52,862 nt of DNA, taken from positions 1-52,862 of IMG/VR virus record IMGVR_UViG_3300008012_000037; one strand, 5' to 3'. Numbering within the stretch: position 1 is the stretch's first letter; every line of letters begins with the position of its first letter. A model generated the notes under the pieces. The model saw only the letters and a list, made by a program, of their open reading frames with translations, ran no database searches and was not told where the DNA came from. Below are positions 1-9,280 of this stretch, one piece after another. The position numbers and the translations under genes were made by a program. Origin of the DNA: a virus. Taxonomy: Duplodnaviria; Caudoviricetes.

Positions 1-169
1 AAAAGACGAAGCGGGCAACGTGACCAAGATATCTCCGCACAACGAACAGGGTGAGTGGGAATACTATTCAAGGAACACCAAAACTGGTAAAACTGTCCGT
101 GTCAACATGGAAGAGATGATCAGAGACATCGAGAAGTTAACTGGTAAAACATATATCCAAGACAAATAG
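1..169 (+). CDS. 3' end of a truncated CDS, probably a virion/tail-associated protein
   Basis: Open frame from nt 2 reading KDEAGNVTKISPHNEQGEWEYYSRNTKTGKTVRVNMEEMIRDIEKLTGKTYIQDK to TAG at 167-169; function is inference only. Confidence 0.6.
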   Translation, partial: KDEAGNVTKISPHNEQGEWEYYSRNTKTGKTVRVNMEEMIRDIEKLTGKTYIQDK

Positions 170-200
170 TTGACAAATATACTATTCTAGTGTATAAATA
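170..200 (+). promoter_or_regulatory. Sigma70-like promoter overlapping a T4-type late promoter
   Basis: TTGACA (170-175), 17-bp spacer, TATAAA; the -10 box is also the T4 late consensus TATAAATA (193-200). Confidence 0.75.
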
Positions 201-247
201 ATTTCGCATAACAACAGACACACAAACACAAACAAAAGGAGAATGTT

Positions 248-637
248 ATGGCAAACACAACACGAAACGGCTACGAAATCAGGGCCGACCTATTAGGACT
301 AGCGAAAGATATCGCTCAGTTCAACTACTCGGTAAAATTAAACGAATACGAAATGAGCGCCAAGAAAGATGGTGATCAGGTAGTGACTGAGTTTAAATTT
401 CCAACAATCTCAGCCGAGGACATCATAGAGCAGGCCAAGAAGTACAACGACTTCGTGACCAATGCTGTGCCACAAGGCAACGAGACCGCGAAAATACTGA
501 TGGAAAATGTCAGACAGTTCAATGACAAGGTGCAGGAATCATTCAATCCGGCCAAGATCACAGAGAACGTGAAACAGTTCCAGGACAGCGTGAAAAGTTA
601 CACAGAGGCTTTCTTCAGCAAAGCAAAGAAAGACTAG
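248..637 (+). CDS. Hypothetical phage protein with amphipathic C-terminal repeat
   Basis: AGGAG SD, CA-rich leader, upstream promoter; YEIRADLLGLAKD N-terminus; ENV(R/K)QFxDxV repeated. Confidence 0.8.
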   Translation: MANTTRNGYEIRADLLGLAKDIAQFNYSVKLNEYEMSAKKDGDQVVTEFKFPTISAEDIIEQAKKYNDFVTNAVPQGNETAKILMENVRQFNDKVQESFNPAKITENVKQFQDSVKSYTEAFFSKAKKD

Positions 638-644
638 AACAATA

Positions 645-788
645 ATGTTCAACGCGGGCAATTTCCAGGAATATGACTATGAATCCGAATGGATGGAATG
701 TTCCTGGAAAATTGCCTATGGACAAACCCATTTAGTAACCTTATACAGTTACAAAAATTTAGACAATAAGGTCCAAAATAGTCTGTAA
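645..788 (+). CDS. Possible 47-aa small ORF (MFNAGNFQEYDYESEWMECSWKIAYGQ...)
   Basis: ATG 7 nt after the upstream stop; open to TAA 786-788; below the ORF-track size cutoff; overlaps a strong hairpin. Confidence 0.4.
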   Translation: MFNAGNFQEYDYESEWMECSWKIAYGQTHLVTLYSYKNLDNKVQNSL

Positions 789-1187
789 TTTTCCTTTTAT
801 ACTTTTATTGTTAAGAGTATTTCTTAGGCCAGCGTGTAAATTTTTTGGCCAACATTCGAAAGCACACCAGGCATACGAAGAATGCTCGTGATTTAATCGA
901 GGCAGGAATTCATCCTGTACGGCTATTACATATGTATTGAAAAAAAATTTTTGATCATTTGATGTAAAAAGTTCTAGTGGAATAACTTTCTTAAAGGTAG
1001 GAGTAGAACCTAGTTCCTCTTTAACTTCTCTTTTTAATCCTTCAAATGGACTTTCTTGAAAACGTGCTTTACCTCCTGCCAATCCCCATAGACCTTTTGT
1101 TTTTCCATCAGTTCTCTGAAGAAACAAAAACCGTTTGGTGTTTACAGCATAGAACAATGCACCCGAACAAATTATATTTTTTTCCAT
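759..1187 (-). CDS. NUDIX hydrolase
   Basis: Nudix box GGKARFQESPFEGLKREVKEELG (GX5EX7REUXEEXG). Confidence 0.9.
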   Translation of the reverse strand: MEKNIICSGALFYAVNTKRFLFLQRTDGKTKGLWGLAGGKARFQESPFEGLKREVKEELGSTPTFKKVIPLELFTSNDQKFFFNTYVIAVQDEFLPRLNHEHSSYAWCAFECWPKNLHAGLRNTLNNKSIKGKLQTILDLIV

Positions 1188-1194
1188 TTATTGA

Positions 1195-2583
1195 TTATAA
1201 CACAAGAGTCCACTTGCCCGCAACATAGATTCCTTCATAACTTTTAACCCATGCACCATTAGTGAATTTGTATTGTATACCGGTGTTTGAATTTGTGACA
1301 TATGCCACTGTGGAATCCGGATCAGAAGCGTCCCATACCACTCCCCATTTACCAGTGGAACTATTATATTCTATGATGTCATTTACACTGGCTCTAAGAT
1401 TTCCCCAAGCGGAGGCATCAAACGTGTTTGTAGAATCACCTACATCGTTGACAACAAGATATCTAGTTCCGTTTGTTGGTGTGCCAGGATCGAAAGTTAA
1501 TGGATTTATAATTTTACTAACATTTGTAAGAGTGTTTGCAGGCACGGTATCTGCGTCTATGCTGAAAACCAAAATAGATTCATCCAACGGTGAAGGAGCA
1601 ATCGTACCCACAACTTCGTTGCCATTTTCCTGCACTAATTTTATCTGCGAAATTCCATTTGTAATTTTACCATATTGGTTCAATAATGTGTTCCAATTTA
1701 TAGGTGGACCAAATGTTGTGAAAGGATCTAGATCTGTTGCTGATGCACCTGTGTAGTATCCGTCACCGCCCGAGCCAACATTTATTCCTGTTGTGCCAAA
1801 CAATCGTAATTGGTTTCCTGATAAAAATAAATTGAAATTGCCTGGTGTGATATAACTTCGCGAAAGCAAAGAACCATCTATCAATCCTTTTGATATTCCG
1901 CCGTCGTCGTCGTAAACGCTCATTATAATTTTTTCGATTACACCAAGTTTAGAAACTTTTACTGGCGGTGATAGCCATATTGGCATAGAAAATGTCATTG
2001 ATGCCACATCAATTTCGGTCTCTGTTCCAATTGGAATTGTCCTTGATGAAAATGTTACATTTTGTAATTCTATATAACTTAAACTGGTCCAGTCGATGTA
2101 GTTGTCTGACTTCTGTATTTCAAAGTCGGGATTGAATAGATAAAGAATCTGCTCCATTATCTGTAATTTCATATCTGTATTTGTGGTAAAAATATCTGCT
2201 TGAACATTTAAACGGAACGGTGATGGCATGACCTTTTCGATGGTATATCCCGCACCCAAATTTTCATTGTAGGTGCCATCGGCATTTCTGTCTCTCTGCT
2301 TAAGATGTTGTTTTTCGATGTGATATGGATTCTGCATACGTTCTCTGTCGTATTCTAATCCTATGATATATGCCGCAATCTTAGGGGCATAGACAAGAGA
2401 ATTTTCTGAGTTTTGTTTTAAGATATTTGCAACTTGTCTGGTTACATCACCATAGACAACTGGTACCTGTTTTAGTTGTACTGTGCCGTCGGCACCTTTT
2501 CCTGTCTCAATGTTAAAATTACTCAACACTCTTATAAATTGAGTTAAAAATTTTCTTATCTGTCCTTCGTAAAAATGTAGCAT
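1195..2583 (-). CDS. Tail sheath stabilizer/completion protein (T4 gp15-like) with C-terminal extension
   Basis: N-terminal HFYEGQIRKFLTQF, VPVVYG and QIMEQILYLFNP segments resemble gp15; sits in the neck cluster. Confidence 0.7.
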   Translation of the reverse strand: MLHFYEGQIRKFLTQFIRVLSNFNIETGKGADGTVQLKQVPVVYGDVTRQVANILKQNSENSLVYAPKIAAYIIGLEYDRERMQNPYHIEKQHLKQRDRNADGTYNENLGAGYTIEKVMPSPFRLNVQADIFTTNTDMKLQIMEQILYLFNPDFEIQKSDNYIDWTSLSYIELQNVTFSSRTIPIGTETEIDVASMTFSMPIWLSPPVKVSKLGVIEKIIMSVYDDDGGISKGLIDGSLLSRSYITPGNFNLFLSGNQLRLFGTTGINVGSGGDGYYTGASATDLDPFTTFGPPINWNTLLNQYGKITNGISQIKLVQENGNEVVGTIAPSPLDESILVFSIDADTVPANTLTNVSKIINPLTFDPGTPTNGTRYLVVNDVGDSTNTFDASAWGNLRASVNDIIEYNSSTGKWGVVWDASDPDSTVAYVTNSNTGIQYKFTNGAWVKSYEGIYVAGKWTLVL

Positions 2584-3752
2584 TAGTCATCAGCCTTTGG
2601 TTTGAGTGCATCTGTTAGAGATTGCCTTTGTTCAACAGTCAATCCGTTTATGGTAGAACTAGAACTGTTATTGATAAAACCTGTTTTATAGTTAGACCTT
2701 GAATCGTTATTTGTCGTTGTTAATCTGACAGCATCTTCTACTTTGACCCATCTTGTACCGTCGTACCTAAATAATCTGTTTGGTAGATAGTCTGTTCTCA
2801 AGAAATAATCTCCCTTGTCTATACTCGACGTAGGAAAACTTGTTCCATGGCCTGCTACATAACCATTTGGCGGTATGCCGTCTCCGTCTATATAAAATCC
2901 ATAGTGAGATGCGGCCGGTGTATCTATCACAGCATTGATTGATTCGTCTGAGGATGCCTGGCCTTCTGATATACCTTCTTTTCTCACATTTCCTCTTTCG
3001 TCTATAGGAGTGACATAATATTGTTTATAGTTGAAACCAGATTTGGGAGCGTCTGCTTCGGCCTGTGCAACAATCTGACTGTTAATTTCTTTTTCTCTAT
3101 TATATGTGCTCATATACGAAGACAGACTGTTTCCTGTGTCTCCGACCTCTTTGTCCAATATGTCTTTGAATTCTTGTGAATCTACCAAAGATTTTAGTTT
3201 CAGTCTCAAAAGGTGAGGCCACCAAGTTTGCGAAAATCCTTCAGCCGCCCTATTCACATCTTCTACCACATAAAATCTTTTCAAAGCAATTGGTATATTT
3301 TCGTCTAATGAAAAATCATCTTTCATGTGAGGTAGTTCTATAACATCTCCGGACATTATTTTCCTTCCAATTCTTTCCACGGTATCGTTCAAATGAACAG
3401 TCATGAACACTGTGTCGTTTTGAAGAAACATTCCAAATTGTGAAAGATTGAAATCAGCATCTTGCACATTGTAGATTCCCCTAATTATATAAATGTCGTC
3501 TGAGTATTTCCTGTCTCTGTTCTCTAAAAATAACAAATCTTGTATTGTTCTCTCATTAAGTGAATCTCCAGAATACTGTGGTTGTGTAGGTGAAGCGTCA
3601 CCGTCTTTATTTGTAGATCCCTGATCATAAGGGCCTAGATATTTGTGGAGATAGATGTCAGTGCCACCCACAGTAAACATTTCTCTGATGTTACGGTCAA
3701 AAAATTTGTAATCATTGCCTTTTTCAGGCTTGTATATAGACAATCTTGGCAT
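2583..3752 (-). CDS. Neck/head-closure protein (T4 gp14-like)
   Basis: LSQFGMFLQND...GDVIELPH pattern resembles gp14; flanked by gp13- and gp15-like genes. Confidence 0.6.
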   Translation of the reverse strand: MPRLSIYKPEKGNDYKFFDRNIREMFTVGGTDIYLHKYLGPYDQGSTNKDGDASPTQPQYSGDSLNERTIQDLLFLENRDRKYSDDIYIIRGIYNVQDADFNLSQFGMFLQNDTVFMTVHLNDTVERIGRKIMSGDVIELPHMKDDFSLDENIPIALKRFYVVEDVNRAAEGFSQTWWPHLLRLKLKSLVDSQEFKDILDKEVGDTGNSLSSYMSTYNREKEINSQIVAQAEADAPKSGFNYKQYYVTPIDERGNVRKEGISEGQASSDESINAVIDTPAASHYGFYIDGDGIPPNGYVAGHGTSFPTSSIDKGDYFLRTDYLPNRLFRYDGTRWVKVEDAVRLTTTNNDSRSNYKTGFINNSSSSTINGLTVEQRQSLTDALKPKADD

Positions 3753-3759
3753 ACAGACA

Positions 3760-3789
3760 TATTTATAGTATTTGCCGCAACGGTAAATA
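3760..3789. promoter_or_regulatory. Divergent pair of late promoters
   Basis: TATAAATA on minus strand (3767-3760), 7 nt before the ATG at 3752; TAAATA on plus strand (3784-3789), 5 nt before the ATG at 3795. Confidence 0.7.
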
Positions 3790-3794
3790 TGTGT

Positions 3795-4556
3795 ATGTCA
3801 GAACTTCAAACAGGACAACAAGAAATTTTTGATTATGTAAAGACCAATCTGGGAGATGGTATGGTGGATGTAGAATTAGACCCAAAACACTATCAAACGG
3901 CGTTGGAAAGGGCGATAAACAGGTATCGACAACGGTCTTCAAATGCTGTTGAAGAATCATATGCTTTTTTGGAACTTAAAGAAAATCAAAACAAATATAT
4001 CTTACCCGACGAAATTATTAATGTAAGACAGGTAGGAAGAAGAACTGTGGGTTCACGTACAGAAGGTGGACAAGGAGGAACTTTGTTTGAACCATTCAAT
4101 CTTGCCTACACAAACACATACCTTTTGAGAGCGGGTGCTACAGGAGGTTTAGCAACTTACTACGCTTTTGCCAGTTATCAGGAGTTGGTAGGAAAAATGT
4201 TTGGAAGTTTTATACAGCATCATTATGATGTAGCAACGAAGACATTGACCATAACACAAAGACCAAGAGCCGATTCCGAAACAGTGGTTTTACACACTGA
4301 CAACTATAGACCAGATATAACTCTTTTCAAAGATATCTATTCAAAACCCTGGTTACGTGATTACACTCTGGCAGTGTGCAAAGTGATGCTGGGCGAGGCC
4401 AGAGGCAAGTTCAATACCATAGCGGGACCACAGGGTGGCACAACCCTAAATGGAGATGCTTTGAAAAATGAAGGCAATGCCGAGATGGAAAGACTCGACC
4501 AAGAGATCAACAACTATCAAGAAGGTGGCTCACCTTTCAGTTTTGTTATAGGTTAA
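3795..4556 (+). CDS. Neck protein (T4 gp13-like)
   Basis: LGDGMVDVELD, WLRDYTLAVCK..LGEARGKF...GGTTLNG and a C-terminal FVIG match gp13; start moved to MSEL at 3795. Confidence 0.8.
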   Translation: MSELQTGQQEIFDYVKTNLGDGMVDVELDPKHYQTALERAINRYRQRSSNAVEESYAFLELKENQNKYILPDEIINVRQVGRRTVGSRTEGGQGGTLFEPFNLAYTNTYLLRAGATGGLATYYAFASYQELVGKMFGSFIQHHYDVATKTLTITQRPRADSETVVLHTDNYRPDITLFKDIYSKPWLRDYTLAVCKVMLGEARGKFNTIAGPQGGTTLNGDALKNEGNAEMERLDQEINNYQEGGSPFSFVIG

Positions 4557-4614
4557 TTCTTTAAGCAATACAATTAAATACACAGCAACTTAGGCAAAAG
4601 AAAGGCACATAATT

Positions 4615-4803
4615 ATGGCAAGAAACAAATACTTCTCAAAACTTTCTGAATTATCTTTCAGACAACTCAAGCAATTGACAATAGCATTCGAAGTACTTCT
4701 CAAGGCAGGACCAAATTGGAAAATAACATTCCATTTATTGAATGCTGTAAGAGAAATCAAAAAAGAACTAGAAAATAGACTTAAAGACTTGAAAAACAAA
4801 TAA
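4615..4803 (+). CDS. Small basic hypothetical protein
   Basis: 62-aa ORF filling the intergenic gap, preceded by TAAATA (4575-4580) and an AGGCA-repeat leader. Confidence 0.6.
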   Translation: MARNKYFSKLSELSFRQLKQLTIAFEVLLKAGPNWKITFHLLNAVREIKKELENRLKDLKNK

Positions 4804-4824
4804 AAACCTGTTACTATAATCCTT

Positions 4825-5406
4825 ATGCTTATAGGTTTAGTTGGTTTGATAGGTTCTGGCAAAGACACAGTCGCGGCCAGACTGGTACAGGAACACGGAT
4901 TCAAGAGAGATTCTTTTGCCAAAAGTCTTAAGGATGCTGTGTCGTTGATTTTCAACTGGGACAGAACTATGCTGGAGGGACAAACCAAAGATTCACGTGA
5001 ATGGCGTGAGAAAGAAGATAAATTTTGGTCACAGAAATTTGGAAGACCAATAACCCCACGCTGGGTGCTTCAACATTTTGGAACCGAAGTATGCCGGGGT
5101 GGAATGCTTGACTCTATATGGGTGGACAGCCTAGTTGCTAGATACCACGGCGAAAAAACAGTGATATCAGACACCCGTTTTGTAAATGAAATCAAAACAA
5201 TCAGAGAACAAAATGGAAAAATAATTCTAGTAAAACGTGGCGAGATTCCTAGCAGAGAAGAAATGCAGGCATCTGGTGCTCACCAATCGGAATGGGATTG
5301 GATCGGATGCAAGTTTGATTATGTTCTAGACAATACTAATACACTAGATTCTCTTCACAGCAATACCGATCAAATGATCAAGAATCTACTTCAAGATCCC
5401 CAATAG
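4825..5406 (+). CDS. Deoxynucleoside monophosphate kinase (T4 gp1-like)
   Basis: P-loop GLIGSGKDT, SFAKSLKD, TPRWVLQHFGTE, ISDTRFVNE, HQSE. Confidence 0.92.
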   Translation: MLIGLVGLIGSGKDTVAARLVQEHGFKRDSFAKSLKDAVSLIFNWDRTMLEGQTKDSREWREKEDKFWSQKFGRPITPRWVLQHFGTEVCRGGMLDSIWVDSLVARYHGEKTVISDTRFVNEIKTIREQNGKIILVKRGEIPSREEMQASGAHQSEWDWIGCKFDYVLDNTNTLDSLHSNTDQMIKNLLQDPQ

Positions 5407-5728
5407 TCCATCCAAGATCCTGTGTGCTCTTAAGCCGCTGGCAGTTAGCACAAATTGTTTTTAGATTGTAAACGCTGGTGTTGTTCCTGTTGCCGTCTAC
5501 GTGATATACGTCCATTTGATCCTGCACAACTGCCCTGAAACCACATAATTCACACTTGCTTTTCTTTTTATACCCAGCAGTTTGCCATCTATTCAACCCT
5601 CCGGTATTTTTGTTTTTGTTCTTTCTTATACAGGAATCACAAAGTCGCCTCCAGTAGATCTTGTCGCTTTTCCTATAGGCATAGGCCCTGGGTTTATCTT
5701 GGCAGTTAGAACATAAGGGTCTTTTCAT
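5378..5728 (-). CDS. Zn-finger/HNH-like protein
   Basis: CxxC pairs and HVDGNRNN...NLKTICANC; ATG at 5728 lies 6 nt after a minus-strand TAAATA. Confidence 0.75.
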   Translation of the reverse strand: MKRPLCSNCQDKPRAYAYRKSDKIYWRRLCDSCIRKNKNKNTGGLNRWQTAGYKKKSKCELCGFRAVVQDQMDVYHVDGNRNNTSVYNLKTICANCQRLKSTQDLGWTIGDLEVDS

Positions 5729-5834
5729 ATACACTATTTAAGTGCCCTATATAGGTACCAAAAGATCAAGAATTTAGCCGCGTTTTACCGTAAACACAAT
5801 AAATACATCAGTTATTACTTGCAAGGAGAAATAA

Positions 5835-8800
5835 ATGGCATTAACATCACCAGGAGTAGAAGTTTCAGTTATAGATGAAAGTTTTTACGTACCATCAGAC
5901 GCTGGTACTACACCACTTTTAATTGTAACTTCATCAAAAGACAAATTAAATGGTGCCGGTTCAGGCACAGCGGCAGGAACAACATCTGCTAACGCAAATC
6001 AGGTTTACTTGATTTCATCACAAAGAGAATTAACAGAAACATTTGGAGATCCAACATTTTACACAGATGCTTCAGGAAATCCTATCAACGGATATGAATT
6101 AAACGAGTACGGTCTACAAGCCGCATATTCTTTTTTAGGTATAGCCAACAAAGCATTTGTAATGAGAGCCAATATTGACTTATCTGAGTTGATAGGTTCT
6201 GCTGTGGCTCCGAGTTCAAATCCATCAGACGGTACTTACTGGTTAGACCTTGCATCATCAGTATACGGTATTTTTGAATGGTCAAGAACAAATCAGGCAT
6301 TCACAACTATTACTCCTAAACTTATCATTTCAACAAGCGACCTAGTTGGAAACGTTTCAACTGGTGCTCCAAAAACAAGTTATGGATCAAAAGGTGATTA
6401 CGCAATTAATACCACACACGTAACTAATAAAATGTATTACAAAAATGATTCAAACAGTTGGGTACAACTTGGATCAAGTGCGTGGCACAACAGCCATCCA
6501 ACTATTGAAGGTACAGTAACTTCTGGAAATATCACTTCTGGACATTCTATAGTAATCAACGGTACAACTGTAACATCAACAGGAACTTCTAGATCAGGCT
6601 TTGCGACTGTAATTAACAACGCAAACATTCCAGGAGTTAGTGCGGCAGTCGATGCTACAACAGGAAAATTTGAAATATACATAAATGGGTTGGCATACGG
6701 TGATTCAACTGAAACTAACACTATTAGAATTTCAAACAACTCAGGAACACTTTTAACTGATTTAGGAATAACTGCTGGTTTGTATAAAGGACCAGAATTC
6801 CTACAGGCGGCTCACACGTCAAGACCAGAATGGAAAACTGCCGATGATGACAGACCCAACGGTTCAGTTTGGTTCAAGACAACCACTCCAAACTCTGGTG
6901 CTGACATATCAGTCAAATTATACAGTTCGGCAACAGCATCTTTTGGAACGGTTGATGCACCTTTCTACGCAACCAACCATTCAGCAATTTACAACCTCGA
7001 TCCTACAAACGGCGGTACGTCAATAACTACAGGTGCATTATACACACAGTACAATGTAACTGAACAATCTGTTCTTGGACAATTTGACACTACACCGGCT
7101 TTAGGTGACTTCCAGGTGATGAGATACGAAGGTGGCGAAACAATTATCGCATCTAAGACGACTTATCCTTCTTTCACAGCAAACGAAACATTCAAAGTTC
7201 AAGAAACTATCAAGAACCAAGAAGCGTTAGACACTGCTAAGACAGTTACAATGGTTTCTGGAGATGGTTCAACATTAGGTGACGCAGATGATTTCGTAAC
7301 AGCATTTGCGGCGGCTGGGTTCACGAACCTAGAAGCATCAGTTATCACTTCAGGTGATTACAAAGGTGCCATTCAAATCAAACACAAACTAGGTGGTGAA
7401 TTTAGGATGTGGGACGTGTCAGGAACTCCATTGGCAGATGCAGGTTTTTCAACTGCCACTGCTCACAGTTATGGAACTTACACAGCAAATTCAACAACAT
7501 TGATTGATAATTTATATGACGTGCCAGCAGGAGACACAGAAGACTCTACTACTCCAGCGGCTATTATGGCTTCCAACTGGAAGAGATTGTCATACACTGC
7601 TTCGTCTTCGTCTCCAACAAATGAGCCGGCAGATGGAACTGTTTGGTACAACACAAACTTGGAAGCAGATATTATGGTTCACAATGGAACTACTTGGAAA
7701 GGTTACAAAGAAGTATACGCTACAACCGATCCAAACGGTCCACAGTTCTCAGCAACTGAACCAACTACACAATCAGATGGTACTCCACTTGTAGCAAATG
7801 ATTTATGGATTGACACTAGTGATTTAGAAAATTATCCTAAACTTTACAAATACGACACAAGTGCCACAGTCAGTTCAACAAACACTAACAATGGTGTTGC
7901 TGTAACTACTACAGCGGCTAAATGGGTGTTAGTTGATAATACAGACCAAACAACAGAGGACGGAATTGTTTTCGCAGATGCTAGATGGCACACTTCAGCC
8001 GATAAAGCCGCTGATGGAAATTCTGGTGCTGGCACAGGTTCAACAATCAAAGATCTTTTAAGCGACAGTTTCATAGATCCGGATGCTCCGAATCCTGCTC
8101 TGTATCCAAAATCAATCTTGTTGTTCAACACAAGAAGGTCTGGTTACAACGTAAAAGAATACAAAAACAGTTACATCACGACAACTGCCTATCCTGGTAG
8201 TGGAAGTTCTGGACTTGGTAACACAAGATTCAGCAATGAATCTGTTGCTGGGTACTATCCAGACAGATGGGTAACTAAATCAAGCAACAATGACAACGGT
8301 TCTGGCTCTTTCGGAAGAAAGGCACAGAGAAAAGTTATTGTTTCTCAACTTAAATCAGAGATAGACACAAACCAAGCAATAAGAGAAGACCAAAGAGGCT
8401 TCAACGTAATTGCTTGTCCTGGTTATCCTGAGGTAATGGCAAACATGATCAATCTAAACACTGACAGAAACAACACAGCGTTTGTGATTGGTGATACACC
8501 TATGAGATTACAAGGAAATGCTACTGCTATCACTAACTGGGCAAATAACTCAGCGGGTGCTACAGACAACGGCGAAGATGGTCTTGTAAGTGCCAGTGAT
8601 TATATGGGCGTGTTTTATCCTTCAGGAAGAAGCACAGACAATTCGGGTAACAACATCGTAGTTCCACCATCACACATGATGCTGAGAACATTCGCCAACA
8701 ATGACAACATAGGGTTCCCATGGTTCGCACCGGCCGGAACAAGAAGAGGTGTTGTTGACAACGCTACAGCAGTTGGTTACATTGATGCCGAAGGCGAGTT

Positions 8801-9257
8801 CGATCAAATAGCATTAACTGAATCGGTAAGAGATTCAATGTTTGATGTTAAGATCAATCCAATCACGTTCTTCTCAGGAGCAGGTATTGTGAACTTTGGT
8901 AACTTGACAAAAACATCATCAAGTTCGGCCTTAGACAGAATAAATGTTGCTAGATTGACTACGTATCTAAGGACACAATTAGATGCTATAGCAAAACCAT
9001 TTATCTTTGAACCAAACGACGAGTTGACAAGAAATGAAATCAGACAAGCAGTCGAGTCGTTCTTGTTAGAACTAGTAGGACAAAGAGCATTATACGATTT
9101 CTTAGTAGTATGTGATGATTCAAACAACACACCTACAAGAATTGACAGAAACGAACTGTATGTGGATATTGCAATTGAACCAGTTAAATCGGTTGAATTT
9201 ATTTACATACCTTTAAGAATAAAAAACACAGGGGAGATAGCAAACTTGGGTAACTAA
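5835..9257 (+). CDS. Contractile tail sheath protein (gp18-like), enlarged
   Basis: MALTSPGVEVSVIDES N-terminus, PWFAPAGTRRG, INPITFF, RINVARL, FEPND, CDDSNNT, IEPVKSVEFIYI; AGGAG SD. Confidence 0.95.
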   Translation: MALTSPGVEVSVIDESFYVPSDAGTTPLLIVTSSKDKLNGAGSGTAAGTTSANANQVYLISSQRELTETFGDPTFYTDASGNPINGYELNEYGLQAAYSFLGIANKAFVMRANIDLSELIGSAVAPSSNPSDGTYWLDLASSVYGIFEWSRTNQAFTTITPKLIISTSDLVGNVSTGAPKTSYGSKGDYAINTTHVTNKMYYKNDSNSWVQLGSSAWHNSHPTIEGTVTSGNITSGHSIVINGTTVTSTGTSRSGFATVINNANIPGVSAAVDATTGKFEIYINGLAYGDSTETNTIRISNNSGTLLTDLGITAGLYKGPEFLQAAHTSRPEWKTADDDRPNGSVWFKTTTPNSGADISVKLYSSATASFGTVDAPFYATNHSAIYNLDPTNGGTSITTGALYTQYNVTEQSVLGQFDTTPALGDFQVMRYEGGETIIASKTTYPSFTANETFKVQETIKNQEALDTAKTVTMVSGDGSTLGDADDFVTAFAAAGFTNLEASVITSGDYKGAIQIKHKLGGEFRMWDVSGTPLADAGFSTATAHSYGTYTANSTTLIDNLYDVPAGDTEDSTTPAAIMASNWKRLSYTASSSSPTNEPADGTVWYNTNLEADIMVHNGTTWKGYKEVYATTDPNGPQFSATEPTTQSDGTPLVANDLWIDTSDLENYPKLYKYDTSATVSSTNTNNGVAVTTTAAKWVLVDNTDQTTEDGIVFADARWHTSADKAADGNSGAGTGSTIKDLLSDSFIDPDAPNPALYPKSILLFNTRRSGYNVKEYKNSYITTTAYPGSGSSGLGNTRFSNESVAGYYPDRWVTKSSNNDNGSGSFGRKAQRKVIVSQLKSEIDTNQAIREDQRGFNVIACPGYPEVMANMINLNTDRNNTAFVIGDTPMRLQGNATAITNWANNSAGATDNGEDGLVSASDYMGVFYPSGRSTDNSGNNIVVPPSHMMLRTFANNDNIGFPWFAPAGTRRGVVDNATAVGYIDAEGEFDQIALTESVRDSMFDVKINPITFFSGAGIVNFGNLTKTSSSSALDRINVARLTTYLRTQLDAIAKPFIFEPNDELTRNEIRQAVESFLLELVGQRALYDFLVVCDDSNNTPTRIDRNELYVDIAIEPVKSVEFIYIPLRIKNTGEIANLGN

Positions 9258-9280
9258 TCCCTGGTAAATAAAGGAGCAAT

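Noticed and set aside
3645-3794. Longer ORF-track starts (3645, 20889, 22175, 22849, 30964, 47458, 47962, 48794, 50773)
   Set aside because: They overlap neighbouring genes or lack support; downstream ATGs fit promoter spacing, SD or stop-start coupling better
5378-5728. HNH gene as a mobile homing endonuclease or intron ORF
   Set aside because: It does not interrupt a gene, is very short and has its own late-type promoter; no intron structure is seen
5746-5755. Palindrome CCTATATAGG between the divergent HNH and sheath promoters
   Set aside because: A single 10-bp palindrome can arise by chance in a window this size, and no second copy was noticed
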